Shown in pieces: positions 56,602 to 64,000 of a stretch of 64,000 bases of DNA; the first letter of the stretch is position 1; each line of letters opens with the position of its first letter. The notes beneath the pieces are model-generated. The model worked only from the letters and a program-made list of their open reading frames with translations. It was not told the DNA's origin and ran no database searches. Location of the stretch: positions 1-64,000 of IMG/VR virus record IMGVR_UViG_3300048793_000029. One strand, given 5' to 3'. Position numbers and translations under genes: made by a program. The stretch comes from a virus.

Positions 56602-57447
56602 ATGGCCTTCGTCGAACGCGTCATCACCGTGACGTTCGCCATGGGTGGTGGTGCCGGTGGTGGTGGCGTTACGTTGTCCGGTCTAAGAGTCATAACCAAT
56701 ATTACCGTGGCAGGAGCACACTGGATCACGGCCACTGCCAATATATTCGGCATGACGCTTTCGCACATGAACGCCCTGACGACGGTGCCATGGCGGCCAC
56801 TGACGCGCGGCAAGAACTTGGTGCAGATCCAAGCTGGCGACGCCCAGAACGGTATGTCCGTTGTGTTTAACGGCACTATCATGCAGGCTTGGCCTGACAT
56901 GCAGAGCATGCCGGAAGTGTCGTTCCGCGTTGACGCTAATGTAGGCGGCTGGGAGAAGGTCAACCCGAAGGACCCGACCAGTTTCTCCGGGCCTACTAAG
57001 GTCTCTGACGTTCATGCCGCCATAGCGCAGAAGCTAGAAGCCAAGCCGGAGAACAACGGCGTTACGGCAATGATCTCCAACCCGTACATGTGGGGGCCGC
57101 CTTACACCCAGATGCAGCAGCTTGCTAGGGCAACGCGCATCGGTTGGATACTGGAGAATGGTGTGTGTGCCATCTGGCCACAGCAGGGCAGCCGAACGTC
57201 AGCCGGCCAGACTGTGATATCGCCGCAGACTGGCATGGTGGGCTACCCCATGGCGGTGCCTGGCGGCATAGTGGTGCGAACGCTGTTCAACAAGGCCATA
57301 GCTTACGCCTCCCAGTTCACGGTTCAGAGCGATATTACGCAGGCCAACGGATTGTGGAAGGTGACGAAGATAGACCTCGAACTCGACTCCCAGATGCCGA
57401 ACGGTCGTTGGTTTGCCCTATTGTATGGCACGCCGATAGGTAACTGA
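56602..57447 (+). CDS. Baseplate hub protein
   Basis: LSGLRV, IQAGD...VFNGTI, ISPQTGMVGYP. Confidence 0.78.
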   Translation: MAFVERVITVTFAMGGGAGGGGVTLSGLRVITNITVAGAHWITATANIFGMTLSHMNALTTVPWRPLTRGKNLVQIQAGDAQNGMSVVFNGTIMQAWPDMQSMPEVSFRVDANVGGWEKVNPKDPTSFSGPTKVSDVHAAIAQKLEAKPENNGVTAMISNPYMWGPPYTQMQQLARATRIGWILENGVCAIWPQQGSRTSAGQTVISPQTGMVGYPMAVPGGIVVRTLFNKAIAYASQFTVQSDITQANGLWKVTKIDLELDSQMPNGRWFALLYGTPIGN

Positions 57448-57448
57448 C

Positions 57449-58156
57449 ATGGCCGACGAACATCCCAGTACCGAGTTCATGGAGTCGCCGGCTGCCGACT
57501 TCAATACGCATCAGTTTCTGCAAGACCGCGGGCTGAATCGCACGGCAAAGGCAACGCTCGTTCAAGTGACCAAGGTGTCGACGACCGGACAGGTTGCCCC
57601 GGTCGGCACCGTTAGCGTCTCGCCACTGGTGAAGATGCAGGACGCGCTAGGCAACGTGCATCCGCACAGTGAGATGCACAACCTGCCATACTTCCGTATG
57701 CAGGGCGGTGCTGACAAGGCGGTTATCCTTGATCCGAAGGTCGGCGATATCGGTGTGGCCGTGTTTGCGGACAGGGATATAAGTACTGCCGTCAAGAACA
57801 ACTCTGGATGGGACGGCACGAAGAAAGTAAGCGACGCCCAGGCCCCGCCGGGATCGTTTCGACAGCACGACATGGCTGACGGTATGTTCTTCGGCTGCTT
57901 CCTCGGCGGTAAGCCGAAGAGTTATATTCAATTTAAGGATGACGGCAGCATAAACATGAGTCCAGACGAGGGCACCACTTCGTTTCTTCTCGAAAAGAAT
58001 AAAGCGACGCTCACGGCCACTCAGTTTATTGTCAACGGGACTTCTTACCTCGGCGGTCCGGATGCGAGCCTGAAAGCTGGTATGGTTGGTACCGTTGATA
58101 CTGATGGCGATGCGCTAACGCAGGAAGCGGCGGCAACAAAAGTGTTTATGAAGTAA
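57449..58156 (+). CDS. Baseplate spike (Gp138/gpV-like)
   Basis: LPYFRMQGG...DPKVGDIG..VFADRDIS, RQHDMADG. Confidence 0.85.
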   Translation: MADEHPSTEFMESPAADFNTHQFLQDRGLNRTAKATLVQVTKVSTTGQVAPVGTVSVSPLVKMQDALGNVHPHSEMHNLPYFRMQGGADKAVILDPKVGDIGVAVFADRDISTAVKNNSGWDGTKKVSDAQAPPGSFRQHDMADGMFFGCFLGGKPKSYIQFKDDGSINMSPDEGTTSFLLEKNKATLTATQFIVNGTSYLGGPDASLKAGMVGTVDTDGDALTQEAAATKVFMK

Positions 58157-58506
58157 TGCAAACCTTTCTCCTCGATACCGCCGGTTGGGATCTGACGATA
58201 GATTCCGACAGGAACATCGCCATGGCCAGCGAACCGTACTCGCAGGCGCAGGACGCGGCCAGCGCCATCAAGACCTTCCAGGGCGAGTGCTACTACAACA
58301 TCAATCTTGGCATCCCATACTGGAGTAGCGTACTGGGATTCACGCCGTCGCTGGCGCTGATGAAGTCCTACTTCATGACAATGGCGCTCCTTGTTCCAGG
58401 CACTACCACGGCGGTCTGCTATATAAATTCGTTCGTTAATCGAAAGGTCACAGGTCAGGTGCAAATAACAAACTCGGCTGGCCAAATCTCAGCGGCAGGC
58501 TTCTAG
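58156..58506 (+). CDS. Baseplate wedge protein
   Basis: WDLTID...AQDAASAIKTFQGECYY...GIPY. Confidence 0.78.
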   Translation: MQTFLLDTAGWDLTIDSDRNIAMASEPYSQAQDAASAIKTFQGECYYNINLGIPYWSSVLGFTPSLALMKSYFMTMALLVPGTTTAVCYINSFVNRKVTGQVQITNSAGQISAAGF

Positions 58507-58507
58507 C

Positions 58508-59944
58508 ATGACGAACGTGCCGCCACCGACCTTCGGCCCACGAGGGTTCATTGCCCCTCTAGAGTCGCAGATACTCGCCGGCTTTCAGGCCGACATCAAC
58601 GCTGCTTTCGGTGGCAATCTGAATACAGCACTCAATACGCCGCAGGGTCAGTTGGCCTCGTCGATGGCTGCCGTTACTGGCAACGCTATGGACACTTTCG
58701 CGCTAATGGCCAACTCTGTTGATCCGGCCTACGCCACCGGCCGCTACCAGGACGGCATCGCTCGCATCTACTTCATTGAGCGAATACCTTCGTCGTCCAC
58801 TGTGGTGCTGGCAACTTGCTCAGGGTTGACGGGAACGCTGATCCCAGTAGGTTCGCTGGCGCAAGCCGCTGACGGCAATACCTACACTAGTACCGCCGAC
58901 GGCATTATTGGCGTCAATGGTACGGTCGATATATCGTTTGCCTGCAACGTGCAGGGCAGTATCTCTTGTCCCGCAAACAGTCTGACGACCATCTACCAAA
59001 CCGTGCTGGGTTGGGATTCCATCACCAACGCCTCGGATGGCGTCATCGGCAACGACGTGGAGAACCGCGCCGACTTCGAGAACCGCCGCTTCCAGTCGGT
59101 GGCGCACAACTCACTAGGTTTCCTGCCGTCGGTGTTGGGTGCGGTACTGTCGGTGCCAAACGTAGTTGACGCCTACGTGACGGAGAACGCCACAGGCTCC
59201 CCTATCATCGTTACCGGCGTCACCATCGCAGCTCGTTCGATCTACGTGTCGGCGGCCGGTGGGTTGGCGGCCGATATAGCGCAGGCGCTGTGGCAGAAGA
59301 AGGCCCCCGGCTGTGGTTACAACGGCAACACCACGGTCACGGTATACGACAACCAATCCGGCTACGACCCACCATACCCAGCCTACCCAGTATCGTTTGA
59401 GACGCCAGACCCGCTCGACGTCTTATTCTCTGTAAACATCGTCAACGGCGTGCTGGTGCCGTCAAATGCGGCGACTCAAATACAAAGTGCCATCATCGCA
59501 GCCTTCGCTGGCGAGGACGGCGGCCAGCGCGCTCGCATCGGTTCGATCATCTACGCCTCCAGGTTCTACGCTTCGGTGGCGGCATTAGGCCCGTGGGCGC
59601 AGATCGTTGCCATTGACATCGGTTCAGCCAACACGCCGGCTGCTTCCATCGTCGGCAGCATTAGCGGTCTTACGCTGACGGTGACCAGTTGCACCGCAGC
59701 GACCATCGCCAATAATCAATTCTTATCCGGCAGCGCTGGCGGCAGCAGCGTGGCTATCGGTACCCAGATTGTCGGGCAGGTATCCGGGTCGACCGGCGGC
59801 ACCGGCACCTATACGGTGAGCATTACGCAAATCGTGCCGTCGATGGCGATGGCTACAGCGACCGCCAACCAGAACTCGGTTGCGGTACAGATCAATCAGG
59901 TACCGACAGTGTCGGCTCTCGATATCGTGGTTAACACGTCCTAG
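58508..59944 (+). CDS. Baseplate J-like protein
   Basis: TPQGQLA, GRYQDGIARIYFIER, ENRADFENRR, KKAPGC. Confidence 0.87.
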   Translation: MTNVPPPTFGPRGFIAPLESQILAGFQADINAAFGGNLNTALNTPQGQLASSMAAVTGNAMDTFALMANSVDPAYATGRYQDGIARIYFIERIPSSSTVVLATCSGLTGTLIPVGSLAQAADGNTYTSTADGIIGVNGTVDISFACNVQGSISCPANSLTTIYQTVLGWDSITNASDGVIGNDVENRADFENRRFQSVAHNSLGFLPSVLGAVLSVPNVVDAYVTENATGSPIIVTGVTIAARSIYVSAAGGLAADIAQALWQKKAPGCGYNGNTTVTVYDNQSGYDPPYPAYPVSFETPDPLDVLFSVNIVNGVLVPSNAATQIQSAIIAAFAGEDGGQRARIGSIIYASRFYASVAALGPWAQIVAIDIGSANTPAASIVGSISGLTLTVTSCTAATIANNQFLSGSAGGSSVAIGTQIVGQVSGSTGGTGTYTVSITQIVPSMAMATATANQNSVAVQINQVPTVSALDIVVNTS

Positions 59945-59946
59945 CC

Positions 59947-60657
59947 ATGTACGCCCTCTTATCTCAATTAGCGCAAATGACGGTAGCTTCGGCCCCCGGC
60001 ACTGGACCTGTGACGGTCGGCGTTGCCATTCCACCGTTTCCAACACTGGAGAGTGCTGGCGTCGTCGATGGACAGATTATCCGATATTTCTTGGCCGATG
60101 GCGCGGCGTGGGAACGAGGCATCGGCGTCTACACAGTCGCGACTAAGACTTTCACGCGGACGGTGCAGCGTTCCAGCTTCGGGTCTTTGCCAATCAACGC
60201 TTCGATAAACACCACAGTCAATTGCAGCAGCGCGCAGTTTTCCGGAGGCGGTGGCGGAGGTAGCGGAATTGCTTACGCTCAAGACTTTGTCTCCCCAGGT
60301 GATTTCACACCCGGCACTACTACTAGCCTCACACTTTCAACGACCCCAGATTCAGCAGCGTCCCTTCTCATAGCGTTCGATGGCATAGTTCAGTCGCACG
60401 ATACCTGGTCACTTGCGGGGGCGGTGATTACGTTTTCCTCGGCTATCCCATGGAATGTTCAGGTCGTAGAAGCGCAATGCGGGCTTGTTGGCAACAACGT
60501 CTTTACTGTTGCCACGTTGCCCGCGGCTTCGGGTCTGGCGGGGGTGCGGGCGTTTGTCACGGATGCGAACTCAACCACCTTTTTGGCAACCGCAGTTGGC
60601 GGCGGCGTGAACGCCGTACCTGTGGTTTGTGACGGCACCTATTGGAAGATTGGGTAG
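59947..60657 (+). CDS. Tail/fibre-associated protein
   Basis: WERGIGVY, FTVATLPAA...GVRAFVTDA...VPVVCDGTYWKIG. Confidence 0.65.
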   Translation: MYALLSQLAQMTVASAPGTGPVTVGVAIPPFPTLESAGVVDGQIIRYFLADGAAWERGIGVYTVATKTFTRTVQRSSFGSLPINASINTTVNCSSAQFSGGGGGGSGIAYAQDFVSPGDFTPGTTTSLTLSTTPDSAASLLIAFDGIVQSHDTWSLAGAVITFSSAIPWNVQVVEAQCGLVGNNVFTVATLPAASGLAGVRAFVTDANSTTFLATAVGGGVNAVPVVCDGTYWKIG

Positions 60658-60663
60658 AGGAAG

Positions 60664-61791
60664 ATGAAGAAAATTATTGCAGCCCTAATAGTAATCATCA
60701 CTTTTTCTTTTGCGACTACGCTCACTATTGCGCAACCGGTAACGACAAACCCTAATTTAAGCAATTTGACTGGCGTCGATCTTCGGCAGTTTGCGACGCT
60801 TTCCTGCAATCCGGCATCACCATCCTCAACAAATGTTGCCGCTGCGGTTTACAAGGCTAATCAAGCTGGCTTTACTCATTTTTTCATGCCAGCCGGGTGT
60901 TTTCTTTATCTCGGTGATGCGGCGTGGACCGCACACTTTACAGTCAATGTTATTCCTACCGGCTTTTATTTTCAGGGTGAGAACTGGGCAACGTCGGGCA
61001 TTAGTGTTTGCTCGACCTATACTGGCTGCACACCAGGTAGCGGCACGCTTATCACAGGAATAGGACCTATCGAAATTAAGAACATGTTCACGATGGACGG
61101 CGCCTGTTACAACGTCGACAGCGGTGCTTTTGGTAATCCCGTTTATTGCCCAATCAGCGAATTATTTACCAACGCCGGTTCCTTTGATCAGGACGTCACC
61201 TATCCTGGCCAGGCCATTCAACTTAACATTGGCGCTTATACTAATGGAACGTGGAACGGCACTGACCAGCCGGGTTTAGCTATCAATCAAGAAACGCAAG
61301 GGGATGTTTTCTTTATAAACGACGTTTCCACGAACACGTCGGCGCATCTGCTAAATTTCTTCAATCGGTACGGCACTGTGGCGACGCTTAATGTTGATGG
61401 TAAATTCTCCATCGGAACTTCGTCAACAGTACATTCCGGGAATGGAATGATCCAAATCGCGGATGCTTATGGGACTTGTAACATTTACGCAAACACAAGT
61501 GGAGCCCCAGGCTTTGCCTGTTCATCGGATGAAAGATTGAAAAAGGACATTCACAAAGCCAAAAGTGAATTGCCGTATCTGATGAGTTTTCCAATTCGGG
61601 ATTATGTCTGGAAGAAAAACGGTATAGCGGGAACTAGCACGATTGCGCAACAGATGCTCAAAGTTCATCCTGAAATGGTGCGAAAGGATGACAGCGGCTA
61701 TTACGAGGTTGCTGTACCGGAAATCTGGAAGCTCACTAAGGCCATGCAGGAAATGCAAACAGAAATTGTCGAACTAAAACAGAGGAAGTAA
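60664..61791 (+). CDS. Fibre/spike protein with C-terminal peptidase-S74 intramolecular chaperone and N-terminal signal-like peptide
   Basis: SSDERLKKDI...IAQQ...PEMV...KAMQEMQTEI; N-terminus MKKIIAALIVIITFSFA. Confidence 0.8.
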   Translation: MKKIIAALIVIITFSFATTLTIAQPVTTNPNLSNLTGVDLRQFATLSCNPASPSSTNVAAAVYKANQAGFTHFFMPAGCFLYLGDAAWTAHFTVNVIPTGFYFQGENWATSGISVCSTYTGCTPGSGTLITGIGPIEIKNMFTMDGACYNVDSGAFGNPVYCPISELFTNAGSFDQDVTYPGQAIQLNIGAYTNGTWNGTDQPGLAINQETQGDVFFINDVSTNTSAHLLNFFNRYGTVATLNVDGKFSIGTSSTVHSGNGMIQIADAYGTCNIYANTSGAPGFACSSDERLKKDIHKAKSELPYLMSFPIRDYVWKKNGIAGTSTIAQQMLKVHPEMVRKDDSGYYEVAVPEIWKLTKAMQEMQTEIVELKQRK

Positions 61792-61796
61792 ATACG

Positions 61797-62150
61797 ATGA
61801 AACGTATTGTTGTCGGCCTCCTCATTGCCGTGTTGCCATTCGCTGCGGTGGCGCAGCAGGTGTGGATCGCAAGTGAGAGCGAGACCTACGATCAAAACAC
61901 CGACATCGGCAAAGCGATGCAGATTTGCCACCAGTATCTTCATACTGTAATTGGGATACAACCGAAGAATGGCTGGCGCGCACAATATGATACGGCGCCG
62001 GATTCTAATGGCGTGCCGCGTTGGCAAACTTGTGACGCGGTGCGAACGCAATGGCAGGCAAGTGGCGTGGCCGCAGCAGCCAAGCAGAAGACAGAAGATG
62101 ATTTTATCTCTGGTTTTGTGGTGAAGCTCCAGCAGCCGCTTCCGAAGTAA
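61797..62150 (+). CDS. Signal-peptide-bearing hypothetical protein
   Basis: MKRIVVGLLIAVLPFAAVA. Confidence 0.6.
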   Translation: MKRIVVGLLIAVLPFAAVAQQVWIASESETYDQNTDIGKAMQICHQYLHTVIGIQPKNGWRAQYDTAPDSNGVPRWQTCDAVRTQWQASGVAAAAKQKTEDDFISGFVVKLQQPLPK

Positions 62151-62173
62151 GCAGCGAACGCAGGAAAACCAAA

Positions 62174-62401
62174 ATGATCCGAGCATTTACTATCGCACTC
62201 GGCCTCGCAGTGGCTACAGCAGCAAATGCCCAACAGCTAGCGCCGCAGACAATGGTTCGGCAACTCATAGCGAATGATGCCAATATCAAAGCTGCGCTGG
62301 CTATCGAACTCGACAAGGCCAACGCGCGGATCGCGGCACTTATAGCCGAGAACGAGGCGTTGAAGAAGGCGCAGGGCAAGACAGAAGCGAAGAAGCCTTA
62401 A
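62174..62401 (+). CDS. Signal-peptide-bearing coiled-coil protein
   Basis: MIRAFTIALGLAVATAANA. Confidence 0.6.
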   Translation: MIRAFTIALGLAVATAANAQQLAPQTMVRQLIANDANIKAALAIELDKANARIAALIAENEALKKAQGKTEAKKP

Positions 62402-63066
62402 TGACCGGCCCCGCCTACCCACCGAGTAACCTGCCGGGGGCGAATGCTATCGGTACGTTCGCCATCGGCGCGAGTTCGATCGGCGCCATCAAGCCGTTTG
62501 ATTGGTGGCGCACAGTCATCAGTCAGTATGCCAATAGTCCAATTCTGATGCAGTTGATTGAGAACTTCGACGACTGCGTCGACCAGACCGCCAACCTTGA
62601 GCAGTTCTTCGACTTGATCTGGAACGTCGACACTGCGCAGGGTTATGGCCTCGACGTCTGGGGCCGTATCGTGGCAGTCAACCGCGTACTCAAGATTGGT
62701 GTCGGGCCGCCTTATTTCGGTTTCGACGAGGGAATCGACTACCAGCCGTTTGGCACCGGCGGCCTCGGGCCGTTCTACTCCGGCCAGCAGACGACAGAGA
62801 ACTACTTGCTGTCTGACCCCGGCTTTCGAGTCCTGATCCTGGCCAAGGCATTTAGCAACATCTGCGATGGTTCAATCAAGTCCATCAACCGTCTGCTGAT
62901 CACGCTGTTCGGCTCTAGCGGGAAGGGCTACGTGGTCGACAACCTCGACATGACTATGAGCTACGTCTTCGAGTTCAAATTGTCGCCGGTACAGGCAGCT
63001 ATCCTAACTAACTCCGGCGTGTTCCCTAAACCGACCGGCGTATCCTACAACATAGTCCAGCTGTGA
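62401..63066 (+). CDS. Baseplate wedge protein (DUF2612-like)
   Basis: SQYANSP, IWNVDTAQGYGLDVWGRIV, FGFDE, PKPTGV. Confidence 0.87.
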   Translation: MTGPAYPPSNLPGANAIGTFAIGASSIGAIKPFDWWRTVISQYANSPILMQLIENFDDCVDQTANLEQFFDLIWNVDTAQGYGLDVWGRIVAVNRVLKIGVGPPYFGFDEGIDYQPFGTGGLGPFYSGQQTTENYLLSDPGFRVLILAKAFSNICDGSIKSINRLLITLFGSSGKGYVVDNLDMTMSYVFEFKLSPVQAAILTNSGVFPKPTGVSYNIVQL

Positions 63067-63079
63067 GAAACAACTAGCC

Positions 63080-64000
63080 ATGATCTCCAGTAATATTCCG
63101 ACAAAGTTTTCCATTCCGTTCGCCAACAGCGCGACCGGCGCCTACATCACGAAGCCGATCCCGGTGCCGTCGCAGATTGGCATTGGTGCCGGTCGCGCCT
63201 CGTTCACCGATGGCTTCCCGCCGCTTACCTTCACGCAGCTTGCGGCCGGCGGTGATCCGCCGTGGGGTGCCGACTTCAACGGCCTATTGAACGAGATAAC
63301 GTCCTGGCTGGTGTGGGTGGCGGCCGGCGGGGCTCCAGTGGCTTACGACGTCGCCTTCTCAACAGCGATCGGCGGCTATCCCAGCGGGGCCTTCCTGCAA
63401 TCAACCCCGCCAGGTCACTACTGGATTTCCACAGCCGACAACAACGCTACCGACCCCGATACTGGCGGCGCTGGTTGGTCCATCTTCCCTGATATTTTGA
63501 TTCAGCAACAGGCCGGAAATTATGCAGCGGTCGATTCCGGTGCAGTGAATCACGTCGCTGTCACGCTATCGCCGGTGCCGGCATCGCTGACCTCGATTGT
63601 TGGCTCGCCGATTCGCTTCTTGATCGCCAACGCCAACACCATCACGACGCCGACCATCAATATTAATGGTCTCGGCGCCGTAACGATGATCAATACCGAC
63701 GGCTCTTCTATCGTTATTGGTCAGTTCTCTCGCGCTGGCCAGATGTGCGAAGGCTACTTAACCAGCCCGACTGTGTTTCAGGTTACTACCCCCGGTAAGC
63801 CGGCATCGGGCGGCGGTGGAGGAGCGGCTGGCGGCGTGCCGACCGGCGGCATCATCTTGTGCCCGGTGGAAATCCCGTTGCCGGGTTTCCTGGAGTGTGA
63901 TGGTTCGACCAAAAACATCTCTGCCTATCCAAACCTGTTCAACGTTATCAAGGCGACCTACGGCGGCGACGGCATCAATACCTTCAAGGTACCGGACCTG
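63080..64000 (+). CDS. Tail fibre with tail-collar domain, truncated by the window edge
   Basis: Manual translation MISSNIPTKFSIPFA...GFPPLT...GGDPPWGADFNG...GGYPSGA...; ends FLECDGS...YPNLF...YGGDGINTFKVPDL. Confidence 0.85.
   Translation, partial: MISSNIPTKFSIPFANSATGAYITKPIPVPSQIGIGAGRASFTDGFPPLTFTQLAAGGDPPWGADFNGLLNEITSWLVWVAAGGAPVAYDVAFSTAIGGYPSGAFLQSTPPGHYWISTADNNATDPDTGGAGWSIFPDILIQQQAGNYAAVDSGAVNHVAVTLSPVPASLTSIVGSPIRFLIANANTITTPTININGLGAVTMINTDGSSIVIGQFSRAGQMCEGYLTSPTVFQVTTPGKPASGGGGGAAGGVPTGGIILCPVEIPLPGFLECDGSTKNISAYPNLFNVIKATYGGDGINTFKVPDL

Overview
The window is a large part of a tailed dsDNA phage genome, probably a contractile-tailed phage of an alphaproteobacterial host (it carries a gcrA-like gene). 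No rRNA, tRNA, integrase, lysis cassette or canonical CRISPR array was recognised. The left arm (1-24.3 kb, minus strand) holds a nucleotide-sugar pathway (GHMP kinase, NAD-epimerase, ColD/E1-like PLP dehydratase, ThDP enzyme, B12 radical SAM), replication/recombination genes (SNF2 helicase, VRR-NUC, SSB-like, Sak4-like ATPase, PD-(D/E)XK nuclease, UDG-PolA fusion) and base-modification-type genes (dCMP deaminase, two thymidylate-synthase-fold proteins, MazG-like, kinase, MTase). The right arm (24.4-64 kb, plus strand) holds a primase-helicase, early genes, terminase, portal, head, contractile tail, baseplate and fibres. The top finding is at 7.0-8.5 kb: a stand-alone Cas7/RAMP-like gene and a partner gene, each followed by non-coding units of strictly phased NN-AGY pentamers between AGCAGGC delimiters. 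This looks like a compact RNA-guided system with a gapped dinucleotide code. One unit matches the catalytic-site codons of the neighbouring ThDP-enzyme gene at 7 of 8 dinucleotides. All product calls come from motif recognition by eye; no database search was run.
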